From Anaerolineales bacterium (lineage in GTDB: Bacteria > Chloroflexota > Anaerolineae > Anaerolineales > DRMV01): DNA of 64,000 nt. A program made the translations under genes and the position numbers. The stretch spans positions 21,027 to 85,026 of the forward strand of contig JALVVL010000036.1 of assembly GCA_027023425.1 (NCBI GenBank), given 5' to 3'. This document shows, in pieces, positions 7,847 to 17,398 of the stretch. Each line of letters begins with the position of its first letter. Positions within the stretch are counted from its first letter, which is position 1. The notes below the pieces were generated by a model. The model had not been told where the DNA came from. It saw only the letters and a program-made list of their open reading frames with translations, and did no database searches.

Positions 7847-9475
7847 ATGCCGCTTCCGCTACCGACAACGGCGAAACGAAAATTTGCCGCGCTGAGCGAC
7901 CGCTTGCGCTTGGACGCCGCGGCGCGCGCGGTTGAAAAGCACGCGCCGCCGACGCGCCCCGTCCCGCCGGTGGTGTTTTTCAACGCCTCCACCCGAATTT
8001 GGGGGCTGAGCCAAAACGCCGCGTTCCAACTGCTCACCGCGTGGAGCCTGCGGATGCAGGGCGTGCCGGTGGTGCAGTTTGCCTGCAACGGCGGGTTGAC
8101 GCGCTGTGTGCTCGCCGCGGCTTTGGAAACCGAGGGCGAAATCGCCGAAATGCCGTGCCGCGCCTGCACTGCCCAGAGCAAAAGGCTTTACCGCGGCTTT
8201 TTGCCGTGGTGGTTTGACTTCCAGCCCGACCCAGCGCTGGAAAACGCACTCGCCGAAGCCGCATCTTCCGCCGCGGGCGCACCGCTTGATGCTTTGCGCC
8301 GCTTTTCGTTCCAAAATGTGCCGCTGGGCGAACTTGTGCTTCCGAGTTTGCGCTGGGCGCTCCGCCGCCACCATCTGCAAAACGACGAGCGCACCTTGGG
8401 GCTTTACCGCGACTTCATCCGCTCGGCGTGGCGCGTTTACACCGAATTTACCCGCCTGCTGGAAAAGGTTGAGCCGCGAGCGGTGGTGGTTTTCAACGGG
8501 CAGTTCTACCCCGAAGCCGCCGCGCGGCTCGCCGCGCGCCGCCTCGGCATCCCCTCTATCACCCACGAAGTCGGCTTGAGGCCGTTCACCGCCTTTTTCA
8601 CCCGCGGCGAAGCCACCGCCTACCCAATCCACATCCCCGAGGATTTTGAACTCACGCCTGAACAGGACGCCCGCCTCAACAAATACCTCAGCCGCCGTTT
8701 TCAGGGCGATTTTACGATGGCGGGTATCAAGTTTTGGCCTGAAATGCGTGGCTTGAGCGACGAATTTTTGCAATTTGCCGCCAACTTCCGCGGAATTGTG
8801 CCCGTTTTTACCAACGTAATTTTTGACACCAGCCAGCCCCACGCCAACACGCTCTACCCCGATATGTTCGCTTGGCTGGATGAGGTGCTGGAGGTCGCCG
8901 CGGCGCACCCCGACGTGCTGTTCGTCATCCGCGCCCATCCAGACGAGCACCGCCCCGGAAAGGCGGCGCGCGAAAGTGTGCGCGATTGGGCGCAAATGCG
9001 CGAAATTTCCCGCTTCCCCAACATCCGCTTTGTGGATTCGGACGAGTATTTGAGTTCCTACGACCTCATCCGCCGCGCCAAGTTTGTGCTGGTTTACAAC
9101 TCCACCATCGGCTTGGAAGCGACCCTGCTGGGCAAAGCGGTGCTGAGCGCGGGCAGGGCGCGGTTCACCCAGTACCCGACCGTGTACTACCCGCCCACGC
9201 GCGCCGCCTACCGCCAAATGCTGGAAGAATTTTTGGCGCGCGAAGGCGAAATCCCCGCGCCGGAGGAGCACCGCCGCCACGCCCGCCGCTTCCTCTACTA
9301 CCAACTTTACAAAGTCTCACTGCCGTTTGGCGATTTTCTGCAGCCCTCGGCGCTCCCCGGTCAGGTTACGCTGCGCCCCTTCCAGCCCGCAGACCTGCTT
9401 CCCGAAAATTCCCCCACCTTCCGCGTGCTCAGCGCGGGCATTTTGGAAGGAAAGGAGTTTGTGCTGGATGACTGA
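7847..9475 (+). CDS. hypothetical protein, possibly capsule-polysaccharide-biosynthesis-like transferase
   Basis: Long ORF whose stop overlaps the start of the downstream GT2 gene. It lies between NeuB-like and GT2 genes. The functional name is a weak guess from context and from VVFNGQFYPEAAARLAARRLGIPSITHEVG. Confidence 0.55.
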   Translation: MPLPLPTTAKRKFAALSDRLRLDAAARAVEKHAPPTRPVPPVVFFNASTRIWGLSQNAAFQLLTAWSLRMQGVPVVQFACNGGLTRCVLAAALETEGEIAEMPCRACTAQSKRLYRGFLPWWFDFQPDPALENALAEAASSAAGAPLDALRRFSFQNVPLGELVLPSLRWALRRHHLQNDERTLGLYRDFIRSAWRVYTEFTRLLEKVEPRAVVVFNGQFYPEAAARLAARRLGIPSITHEVGLRPFTAFFTRGEATAYPIHIPEDFELTPEQDARLNKYLSRRFQGDFTMAGIKFWPEMRGLSDEFLQFAANFRGIVPVFTNVIFDTSQPHANTLYPDMFAWLDEVLEVAAAHPDVLFVIRAHPDEHRPGKAARESVRDWAQMREISRFPNIRFVDSDEYLSSYDLIRRAKFVLVYNSTIGLEATLLGKAVLSAGRARFTQYPTVYYPPTRAAYRQMLEEFLAREGEIPAPEEHRRHARRFLYYQLYKVSLPFGDFLQPSALPGQVTLRPFQPADLLPENSPTFRVLSAGILEGKEFVLDD

Positions 9476-10427
9476 CGCGGCAAGCGCACCGCTCTGCTCG
9501 TTGGTGATCAGGGCTTACAACGAAGAAAAGCACATCGGCAGGTTGCTTGAGGGGGTGATGCAACAGACTTTGCGCGACGAATGCGAAATTGTGTTGGTGG
9601 ATTCCGGCTCAACCGATGCCACAGTGGCGATTGCCTCGCGCTATCCGGTCAAAATTGTGCACATCAGCCCGCAGGAATTCACCTTTGGGCGGTCGTTGAA
9701 TTTAGGGATTGAGAACGCGCGCGGCAAGTTCATCGTGATTGCCAGCGCGCATGTTTATCCCGTTTACCCCGATTGGCTTGAAAAATTGCTTGAGCCGTTT
9801 GCGGACGCGGAGGTGGCGCTGACTTACGGCAAACAGCGCGGCAACCACCTCACCAAGTTCTCGGAGCATCAGATTTTCGCGCGCTGGTTTCCCGATGAGT
9901 CGGTGCCGCGGCAGACTCACCCGTTTTGCAACAACGCCAACGCCGCCATCCGCCGCGAATTGTGGGAACGCCACCACTACGATGAAACCTTGACGGGGCT
10001 TGAGGATTTGGAATGGGCGCGCTGGGCGCTGAGCCAAGGCTATGTGCTTTCGTATGTTGCCGAAGCCGAAATCATCCACGTCCACGAGGAGACGCCGCGC
10101 AAGGTTTTCAACCGCTACCGCCGTGAGGCAATGGCTTTCAAGCGCATTTTCCCCGAGGCGCGGTTTGGGTTGTGGGATTTTGTGCGGCTTTTCACCGGCA
10201 ACGTGGTCAGCGATTTTTACCATGCTGCGCGGGAAGGGGTGCTTGCGCGGCACTGGTGGAGCATCCTGTGGTTTCGCTTCATGCAATTTTGGGGCACTTA
10301 CCGCGGGTACCGGATGGCGCAATCCCCGCTGGATGAGCGCCTGCGGCAGACGTTTTATTACCCGCGCGGCTTCAAAGCCGCCGCGCCGCCGCGCCGCGAT
10401 GGCGTTGAGCCGATACGCTACGAATGA
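9468..10427 (+). CDS. glycosyltransferase family 2
   Basis: ATG at 9468 overlaps the upstream stop (ATGACTGA). Motifs SLVIRAYNEEKHIGRLLEG and VLVDSGSTD. The ORF-track start at 9327 is a spurious upstream extension. Confidence 0.85.
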   Translation: MTDAASAPLCSLVIRAYNEEKHIGRLLEGVMQQTLRDECEIVLVDSGSTDATVAIASRYPVKIVHISPQEFTFGRSLNLGIENARGKFIVIASAHVYPVYPDWLEKLLEPFADAEVALTYGKQRGNHLTKFSEHQIFARWFPDESVPRQTHPFCNNANAAIRRELWERHHYDETLTGLEDLEWARWALSQGYVLSYVAEAEIIHVHEETPRKVFNRYRREAMAFKRIFPEARFGLWDFVRLFTGNVVSDFYHAAREGVLARHWWSILWFRFMQFWGTYRGYRMAQSPLDERLRQTFYYPRGFKAAAPPRRDGVEPIRYE

Positions 10428-10429
10428 AA

Positions 10430-10453
10430 AAGGGCGGCATTTTTGCCGCCCTT
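10430..10453. terminator. bidirectional intrinsic terminator between convergent GT2 and S41 peptidase genes
   Basis: AAGGGCGGCA-TTTT-TGCCGCCCTT perfect 10-bp stem. An A-run lies on one side and CTTCTTGCTT on the other, so each strand reads hairpin plus T-rich tail. Confidence 0.7.
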
Positions 10454-10458
10454 CTTGC

Positions 10459-12504
10459 TTACCTGCCCAAAATCACTTTCTCGGCAGTTTTCAGCACCAC
10501 ATCCTCATCGCTCAAAAGCGTTTCCCGATTTAGCGGCACTTTGAGTGTGGGCTGGACGCCTTTTCCTTCCAAAAACAGCGAGCCATCCGGCAAAACAAAG
10601 CGCCCTGTGGGAATTTGCAATTCAATCCTGTCGGGCAACTTGAATTGGCCGCGCGACACCTCCGCCTCGGTGCCAGCCGTTGGGTATTGGCCTACCACCA
10701 CTGCCCCGGGCACTTTGCTGAAGCCATAAGCCTCCAATTCGCACGCGCTGTAACATGCCGGTCCTACCAGCACCGCGATCTTGTCAAAATGGTAACGATG
10801 CTCGTTGGGCAAAAACTTTTCCGGCTCGCCCTCAGGTTCAAATTTGCCGGTTTTGGTGCTGTAGTATTCAAGTTGGCCGAGGGTGATGGTCTTGTCGGTG
10901 AAAAATCCGGCCAAGCCGAGCGGCGCGCCGCCCGAGTTATAGCGCATGTCAATGATTATGCCGGGCACGTCTTGCTTTTTGAAAGTCTTGAGCGCCCGTT
11001 CAAACAAGCGCACTATCAGGTTCAAATCATCGTAATTTGAATTCAGGCGGATGTAGCCGACCCCCGAGTCCATCACCCAAAAGTCAACCGGCAAATAAAC
11101 CCGCTGCGGGGCATCGTGGTAGAAAGAGGTGTAGAGAAAACTTTGCCTTTCCGCGATGGCGGTGAGCACGCGGGTTTGGGGCTGGCCGCCCGGGTTGGTG
11201 AAAGTGACCGAAGCCTCAGTGCCCGGTCGGGCGCGCAGCAAAAAGCGCGCTTGCTCATAGCGCAACTCCCAGTCAGTAGAAAACGGCGCAGTCCACGGCT
11301 GCACTTTTTCCACGGCTTGCTCTATCGGCATTCCGTTGAATGCGGTCACAATTGCCCCTCGCTCCATTCCGGCCTGAGCCGCGGGGCCGTTCGGCAGCAC
11401 ATAAACTACCAAGTACTGCCCGTTGTCCATCCGCCTAATGGCAAAACCATAGCCGCCCTCGGTGGCCTTCAAATAGCGGCGGTAAAGTTCCGGCGTGAAG
11501 CGCATCCCAACATGCCCGTCTTTGAACGACCAAATGAAGTGCAAAAGCGCCATGCCATATTCGGTGGAATTTGCCTCCGTCTCGGCCTCTTCCACCTCCG
11601 GCTTGATGCGCTTGTAGAGGGCGTCCCAGTCCGGTTGCTTGCCGGGGATGCCGTTGAAGGCATACCGAAGGCGGGCAAAGGAAAACATATCATCAAAAGA
11701 TTTGGTGTAGGACTCGTTAGAAAAATCCTTGATGGCCGCGGCCTTGGGCTCATAAAGGGTAAGGCTTTGCGATGGAGAGCGCAAAAAGCGGAAGGGGTGG
11801 CTATCCAAATCCACCACGGTGTAGCCGGCGGGGATGGGGGCGGTGGGGTCATCAGGAGTAAAAAGTTTGCCGTCGGCGCCAAAGTCGGTGGGGAACTTCT
11901 GATTGCCGTCGGGCGCCCAAACCACCAGTTTGCCGCCGATGATTTCATCGTGATTCTCGCTATCGGCAATTGAGGAAGTGAGGTAAGTAGGCCAGCCGTA
12001 GGAGCGGTCGTCGCCCACGGAATAAGGCCCGCCGGTTAGGTTAGGCCAATAAGCCACGGTAAACACTTCCACACCGCGGTCTTTTTTGCCGTTGTTATCC
12101 ACATCGGCGAGGTGCCCCTCGGGCAAGATCGGCAGTTCAATTTCGTAAGTGCCCTTTTTGTGCTCGGTGTCCATTTTCAAATAGCCGAGCACCTGCGAGT
12201 TCACCGGAATTTCCCAATCCCTGTTGCGGGTTATGAAGCCGTACATATCAACGAGAGCAACGGCATGCTCCACGTAGTAAGTGGTGATGATGTCGTTGGT
12301 GTAAGTGAAATTGCCGGTGAGTTTGACCACGCCGGTTTGTTGCTCTTTGGCAACCGCTGGCGGAAGCGGGGTTGGCGTGGCATTAGATTCCACGACGTCG
12401 CGCACTTGCTTGAGAATTTCCCCTTGCTCTCCGCCCAAACTGCAGGCAATGAGGAGCATCATCGCGGTGAAGACCAGCAAAATTTTCGTAAGGGTTTTGT
12501 CCAT
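10459..12504 (-). CDS. S41 family peptidase (C-terminal processing/tricorn-core-like) lipoprotein
   Basis: ATG at 12504 with GGGAG upstream. Lipobox-like LLIACS. PDZ-like GMERGAIVTAFNGMPIEQA. S41 signature IIDMRYNSGG. Confidence 0.85.
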   Translation of the reverse strand: MDKTLTKILLVFTAMMLLIACSLGGEQGEILKQVRDVVESNATPTPLPPAVAKEQQTGVVKLTGNFTYTNDIITTYYVEHAVALVDMYGFITRNRDWEIPVNSQVLGYLKMDTEHKKGTYEIELPILPEGHLADVDNNGKKDRGVEVFTVAYWPNLTGGPYSVGDDRSYGWPTYLTSSIADSENHDEIIGGKLVVWAPDGNQKFPTDFGADGKLFTPDDPTAPIPAGYTVVDLDSHPFRFLRSPSQSLTLYEPKAAAIKDFSNESYTKSFDDMFSFARLRYAFNGIPGKQPDWDALYKRIKPEVEEAETEANSTEYGMALLHFIWSFKDGHVGMRFTPELYRRYLKATEGGYGFAIRRMDNGQYLVVYVLPNGPAAQAGMERGAIVTAFNGMPIEQAVEKVQPWTAPFSTDWELRYEQARFLLRARPGTEASVTFTNPGGQPQTRVLTAIAERQSFLYTSFYHDAPQRVYLPVDFWVMDSGVGYIRLNSNYDDLNLIVRLFERALKTFKKQDVPGIIIDMRYNSGGAPLGLAGFFTDKTITLGQLEYYSTKTGKFEPEGEPEKFLPNEHRYHFDKIAVLVGPACYSACELEAYGFSKVPGAVVVGQYPTAGTEAEVSRGQFKLPDRIELQIPTGRFVLPDGSLFLEGKGVQPTLKVPLNRETLLSDEDVVLKTAEKVILGR

Positions 12505-12574
12505 TTTGTAACTCCCAAAGTGGTGAAATTCGGCCACTGCTTACCTAAGGCTCAATCTAACAATATCGCAGCGG

Positions 12575-12661
12575 TGTCATTGCGAGCCGCGAAGCGGCGA
12601 AGCAATCTCCCCCTCAATTGGCAAGAGACCGATTCGGCAGCCATGCCGCCTCGCAGTGACA
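12575..12661 (+). repeat. Family F palindromic element (TGTCATTGCGAG...CTCGCAGTGACA), copy F1
   Basis: Inverted termini TGTCATTGCGAGCC / CCTCGCAGTGACA. The first 33 nt closely match the inner core of Family A (TGTCATGGCGAGCCGCC..GGCGGCGAAGCCATC). Confidence 0.7.
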
Positions 12662-12686
12662 TCTCTTATCGGGTAATGAATTGAGT

Positions 12687-12819
12687 TAGGAGTTACGCAG
12701 TCTCCTCCTTCATGCCGCCGAAGCGGTCTCCCCCATCGTCTGGGGGATGGCTTCGCCGCCTACGGCGGCTCGCCATGACATGAAAACGGGTGCTTCTACG
12801 AGCAACTGCGTAAGTCCTA
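12687..12819 (-). mobile_element. Family A MITE-like element, copy A2 (about 20-nt internal deletion)
   Basis: Same termini in reverse orientation. Flanks are TGAGT/TGAAT (4 of 5 match) or ATGAATT at 12676-12682 and 12819-12825. Confidence 0.75.
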
Positions 12820-12951
12820 TGAATTATAGCAGGCTGAGGGAGGAGGCAAGGTTGGAAAAATAGCAATATCTTACTTGCTTCTTACAAATTTCTATCAGAG
12901 CGCCTATGTGCGCAAGGTATAGTAAAATGAAAACTGAAAATGGAGGCGAAA

Positions 12952-13635
12952 ATGACCAGTATCCTGATAATAGAAGACGATGAAAGCATTTCAAGGTTTT
13001 TGAAGCGAGCCCTCACTTACGAGGGCTATAAAGTTGATGTGGCAACGGATGGCGAAGAGGGACTTGCCAAGGCTTTGGAAGAAAAGCCCGATTTGGTCAT
13101 CTTGGACTGGATGTTGCCGGGCATGGATGGGCTTGAGGTGGCGCGCCGCCTGCGCGCCAACAACGATGTGCTCATCCTCATGCTCACGGCCAAAACGGGC
13201 GTTGCCGACCGCGTGCAAGGTTTAGACACCGGCGCGGACGACTACCTCACCAAGCCTTTCAACCTTGATGAGTTGCTGGCGCGCATCCGTGCCCTGCTCC
13301 GCCGCTCCAAACAAGAAAAAGCGCCAAAGGTTTACCGCTTCGCCGACCTTGAACTTGACACCGGCACGCACGAGGCGCGGCGCGGCGGCCGACGCATAGA
13401 ACTCACTGCCAAAGAATACGAACTCCTGCTCCTGTTCATGCGTCATCCCCGGCAGGTGCTGAGCCGCGAATACATCTACGACCAAGTTTGGGGCTACAAC
13501 TTTGGCGCTTCCAGCAATCTGCTGGAGGTTTACATCCGCTACCTGCGCCGCAAACTTGAAGCCAACGGCGAACCGCGCCTGCTACACACCCTGCGCGGCG
13601 TCGGCTATGTGTTGCGCGAAGAGGGGGAGGGATAA
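12952..13635 (+). CDS. OmpR-family response regulator
   Basis: GGAGG RBS then ATG at 12952. Receiver motifs [15 protein letters not shown] and LTAK. Winged-helix C-terminus LRGVGYVL. Confidence 0.9.
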   Translation: MTSILIIEDDESISRFLKRALTYEGYKVDVATDGEEGLAKALEEKPDLVILDWMLPGMDGLEVARRLRANNDVLILMLTAKTGVADRVQGLDTGADDYLTKPFNLDELLARIRALLRRSKQEKAPKVYRFADLELDTGTHEARRGGRRIELTAKEYELLLLFMRHPRQVLSREYIYDQVWGYNFGASSNLLEVYIRYLRRKLEANGEPRLLHTLRGVGYVLREEGEG

Positions 13636-13638
13636 GCC

Positions 13639-15045
13639 TTGCTCCGCACCCTGCGCGGACGCCTCACGGTGCTCTACGTTGCCGTCACCGCTGGCATGTT
13701 CCTTGCCTTTGGGGCAATGGTGTATGCCGCGGTGTACCTTTTCCTAATGAAAAGCGTAGACCAAAATCTGAGGCAAGCCGCCGCCATGGTGTTGGAACAA
13801 GCAGGCATAGTCGCCCCTGCAAACAAAAGGCATTTGCTTGAGGAATTGCCGCTCAGCGGCGACCTTATCATCCAGTTTTGGGATAGCAATGGCCGCCTGC
13901 AGGGGGAATACGAAACGACGCGCCACAAGCACGCGGCGCCGAACACGCCGCTTTCGGCGCGCGGCCTTACCCTCGCTTCGCCGCTCTTTACCACCGAGCA
14001 GTGGGGGCACTACAAGATGCGGGTGCTCAGCATCCCCATCGTGGTCGGCGGATTGAGGGTTGGCACGCTTGAAGTGGGCACCCCCTTGAACCAAATCTAC
14101 CAAGTGCTCCGCCTTTTGGGGGTTGTGCTGTTTTCGGTGGCCGTGATCGCTTCGCTCATCGCCGCCGCGGTTTCGTGGTTCAGCATCCGCGCCGCTCTCG
14201 CACCGTTGGAAAGCATCACCCACACAGCCGACCAAATCACCCGTGCCGACGACCTTTCGCGCCGAATGCCGGTGCCGCGCGGCGCAGGAGCCGAGGTTGA
14301 AACCTTGGTGCACGCGTTCAACGCCACGCTGGCGCGCTTGGAAGCACTTTTCGCCGCCCAACGGCGTTTCATTGCCGATGTCGGCCACGAATTGCGCACC
14401 CCCCTCACGGTCATCAAAGGCAATGCCCAATGGATGCAACGCATAGGCCAACCCGACCCCGAGGCGTTGCAGAGCATTGTGAACGAATCCGAGCGCTTAA
14501 ACCGCTTGGTGGAAGACCTGCTGCTGTTGGCACGGGCCGAAAGCGGCCGCTTGCCCATGCGCTACGAGCGTCTGGCGCTGGATGAGGTGGTGGCTGAGGC
14601 ATTGCAGTCGGTAGAAGTGTTGGCCCGCGAAAAAGTGAACTTGCATGTTGAAGAACTTGAGCCTTTGGAAATTTGCGGCGACCGCGACCGCATCAAACAA
14701 GTGCTGTTGAACTTGCTCGGCAACGCGGTGCAATACACCCCCAAGGGCGGGCAGGTGAGCCTCGCGGTAAAACGCGAGGGCGGCTATGCCCTCATAACCG
14801 TCTCCGACACTGGCCCCGGCATCCCGCCCGAAGACCTGCCCCATGTGTTTGAACGGTTCTACCGCGCCGACAAAGCCCGCTCGCGCGGCAAAGGCTTTGG
14901 TTTAGGGCTTTCCATAGCATATTGGATTGTGAAACATCACGGGGGCGATATTGCCGTCCATTCCGAAGTGGGAAAAGGGACCACCTTCACAGTTTCGCTC
15001 CCCCTGTGGAGCGAGGAATGCGAAAAGCGCGAAGCCGAGGAATAA
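13639..15045 (+). CDS. sensor histidine kinase (TM-HAMP-HisKA-HATPase)
   Basis: H-box ADVGHELRTPLTVI, N-box LLGNAVQYTP, G-boxes DTGPGI and GFGLGLSI. It starts 4 nt after the regulator stop (TTG start). Confidence 0.9.
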   Translation: MLRTLRGRLTVLYVAVTAGMFLAFGAMVYAAVYLFLMKSVDQNLRQAAAMVLEQAGIVAPANKRHLLEELPLSGDLIIQFWDSNGRLQGEYETTRHKHAAPNTPLSARGLTLASPLFTTEQWGHYKMRVLSIPIVVGGLRVGTLEVGTPLNQIYQVLRLLGVVLFSVAVIASLIAAAVSWFSIRAALAPLESITHTADQITRADDLSRRMPVPRGAGAEVETLVHAFNATLARLEALFAAQRRFIADVGHELRTPLTVIKGNAQWMQRIGQPDPEALQSIVNESERLNRLVEDLLLLARAESGRLPMRYERLALDEVVAEALQSVEVLAREKVNLHVEELEPLEICGDRDRIKQVLLNLLGNAVQYTPKGGQVSLAVKREGGYALITVSDTGPGIPPEDLPHVFERFYRADKARSRGKGFGLGLSIAYWIVKHHGGDIAVHSEVGKGTTFTVSLPLWSEECEKREAEE

Positions 15046-15102
15046 AGACTTTTGTAATTACCCACGCGGCAGGGGGTAAATCCAGTTCAAGCAAGCAGTT
15101 AC

Positions 15103-15792
15103 CTACTTTTTCAACTCGGCCTGCGCGCGAGCGCACATCCAACGGCCGCTCAAGTTGTACCATTTTTGCAGGGCGGCGCTTTTCTTTTTGCCAGCCGCCG
15201 CATCGCGGTAAATCGGCACAGCCCAAGCCACATAGCGTCGCGTTTCGGCAGGCCACGCGCTCTGCGGCGCACCGATAACGCCCAAGCCGCCGTTGTAGCC
15301 CGCGAGGGCAAGCGAAACTTTGCCGTGAGCGCGTTCCAGCGCCGCTTTGAGGTATCCCAGACCGCGCCGGGCATTCGTATCGGGGTCAAAGGCATCCTCA
15401 CCGGCCGCAAAATGGAACGGCATCACCTGAAACAAGCCCAGCGCGCCCGCCCCCGAAACTGCCCGCGGATTGCCGCAGGATTCTATTTGCATTACCACGG
15501 CTATCAAATTGGGGTCTAAGCCATATTGCTCAGCCCAGCGCGCTATTTTGTGCCGCCAATGTTGCACCTCAGGGGTGAAAAACGGCGCTATTTCGGCGGT
15601 TTTTTCGGCCTGCGCCGTTGCGGATGCCGAAGAAGCCCCTCGTTCTTTATCGGCCGCGCCCGCCGCCAAAACCGGCGTTGCCTTGAGCACCAAAAGCCCC
15701 ATGGTCGCCAGCACGGCTATCACCGCCGCGGCCAGCAAATAGTTGAGCACCTTCAACGGCGCAGGGGGAAAATGCTTTTGGTTGGAGTTCAT
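15103..15792 (-). CDS. lytic transglycosylase (SLT domain), membrane-anchored
   Basis: N-terminal TM segment plus SLT motif VMQIESCGNPRAVSGAGALGLFQVMP. Confidence 0.8.
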   Translation of the reverse strand: MNSNQKHFPPAPLKVLNYLLAAAVIAVLATMGLLVLKATPVLAAGAADKERGASSASATAQAEKTAEIAPFFTPEVQHWRHKIARWAEQYGLDPNLIAVVMQIESCGNPRAVSGAGALGLFQVMPFHFAAGEDAFDPDTNARRGLGYLKAALERAHGKVSLALAGYNGGLGVIGAPQSAWPAETRRYVAWAVPIYRDAAAGKKKSAALQKWYNLSGRWMCARAQAELKK

Positions 15793-15920
15793 TTCAGGTT
15801 GTTACCTGCAAAGTTTTTACGGAAATGTGGCCGCGAGCGGGAAGGGCCGGCTCGCGGCCACAAAGGCGGACGCAATTTAAGTAACTCATGTTGCGCACTT
15901 TAGCATCAACACATGTAAGC

Positions 15921-16022
15921 GCCCTCACCTTACCCCCGCTGCGCGCCCCCTTTCCTCTCCCACTGGGAGAGGAAAGGGGGCTGAGCCGCCGCGAAGCAAG
16001 GCTCTGGGGGATAGGTGAGGGC
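15921..16022. repeat. Family C palindromic element, solo copy C2
   Basis: GCCCTCACCTTACCCCCGCTGCGCGCCCCCTTTCCTCTCCCACTGGGAGAGGAAAGGGGGC...GGTGAGGGC. It forms a near-perfect long hairpin. Confidence 0.8.
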
Positions 16023-16094
16023 GAGAAAGCCAAATGTGTATCAGTTTCATAGGGCTAAATTGTTGCCTGTTAACCATCCATGCGTAACGTGAGT

Positions 16095-16763
16095 TCAGTA
16101 ACGCGGCGGGGCTTCATGCGCCGCGCTTGCGGAAAGCGGGTGGTAGGTGGGTTCAACCGCGGCAGACGGGGTGCGGGCAGTGGTCGGGCGCGCGGCCGTC
16201 GGATGCCGCACGGGGCGCGGAGAAGCAGGCCGGCGCGCTCTGCTTTGTGCTCGCGTTTCCATCACTTGCCGCTCACCAACGCTGAACAAGCGCTCACCCG
16301 CTACCGAGAATGTGCCAATTATCAACACGCGAATCAGCCATACCATTATTGCCACGAACACCGGCACAATTTTGAGCAAAGTTTGGTGAGCAATCACCGC
16401 ATTGCCTAAACTGCGGTGCTCAAGTATGGCTATTGAAACGCCCCACCAAGTCAGCAAAGCGTTCATGGTGGCCGCCAAAAGCCAAGCGCCGAACAAGTAC
16501 CACACCTCCTTGGGCTCATCTGCGCCTTCTTCGGGGGTGAAAAGGCGGGCGATTCCGGCAAAGTCTATGCCACAGAACGCCACGGCAAGGATGGTCGCCC
16601 ATCTAAGACCGGCAAAGCGGAGGTTGCCGAGCAAGTCTCGCAAGGCGAAATCGGTGGTGCTGAAGTTGAAAATTTCAAAAGCGAGTAGAGCGGTGAGAAT
16701 GAGAATACCGAACAGCGTGCCGCGCCGCACGCGCAAATGGGGTAAGGGAAAAATACTTTTCAT
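16095..16763 (-). CDS. hypothetical integral membrane protein
   Basis: Several hydrophobic helices, a Pro/Arg-rich C-terminal tail, and no recognisable motif. Confidence 0.55.
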   Translation of the reverse strand: MKSIFPLPHLRVRRGTLFGILILTALLAFEIFNFSTTDFALRDLLGNLRFAGLRWATILAVAFCGIDFAGIARLFTPEEGADEPKEVWYLFGAWLLAATMNALLTWWGVSIAILEHRSLGNAVIAHQTLLKIVPVFVAIMVWLIRVLIIGTFSVAGERLFSVGERQVMETRAQSRARRPASPRPVRHPTAARPTTARTPSAAVEPTYHPLSASAAHEAPPRY

Positions 16764-17029
16764 TTTCGTTCCTCCTGTGGGGAAAACTGCCGAACAAGCG
16801 TTCTAATAATAGAACATCTGTTCGGATTTGTCAAGGGCTGCTCGTAAAGTTCTCCCGAACGCGTCAATGCCTTTCCGAAGGCAACCATCTACCCTGCGCC
16901 GAAAACGAAGTTAACAAGCAAGATTTCAGTAACGCCGCCGTGCCATGAAGCAACATTGCGCCTCTTCGCCCTCACCACTCCCCCAGAGCCTTGCTTCGCG
17001 GCGGCTCAGCCCCCTCTCCTCTCCCATTG

Positions 17030-17290
17030 TTCAGGGGCGGACAGGGGTTTATCAAACCCCTGTCCTACCCCCTCCAAAGACGGAACAAACGAAACGTTGC
17101 ACTTTTAGCGCTGATAAGGTAATTTGGTAAAGTGAGGCGGATGCCTAAATTTCCCAATCTTATCGCTAATACTTGCTTTTTCGGAGGATGTTCTTTTGGA
17201 GTGCGGCGACAAGTCGCCGCTTTCCAAAGCGGTGCCGAGGCACCGCATTCCAAAAAATGGTGTTTTCAGGGGCAGGTGTCCGCCCCTGAA
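17030..17290 (+). mobile_element. Family D insert, copy D1
   Basis: 14-nt inverted termini TTCAGGGGCGGACA ... TGTCCGCCCCTGAA. It sits in the loop of a Family C hairpin and carries twin hairpins GCGGCGACAAGTCGCCGC and GCGGTGCCGAGGCACCGC. Confidence 0.7.
17088..17116 (+). promoter_or_regulatory. promoter-like motif inside Family D copy D1
   Basis: TTGCAC, 17-nt spacer, TAATTT. The same hexamers and spacing are present in D2. Confidence 0.35.
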
Positions 17291-17398
17291 GGGAGAGGAG
17301 AGGGGGGCGCGCAGCGGGGGTAAGGTGAGGGCTAAAAGCCACTGCTGTGCTTGTGGGCAGGTAATTACTTACGAGGTGCAATTGGTATAATCCTCTCC

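Larger units (their letters stand above)
16968..17332 (+). repeat. Composite element CD1: Family C arms interrupted by a Family D insert
   Basis: Starts GCCCTCACC and ends GGTGAGGGC. Roughly 90% identical by eye to 42991-43362. Confidence 0.8.
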
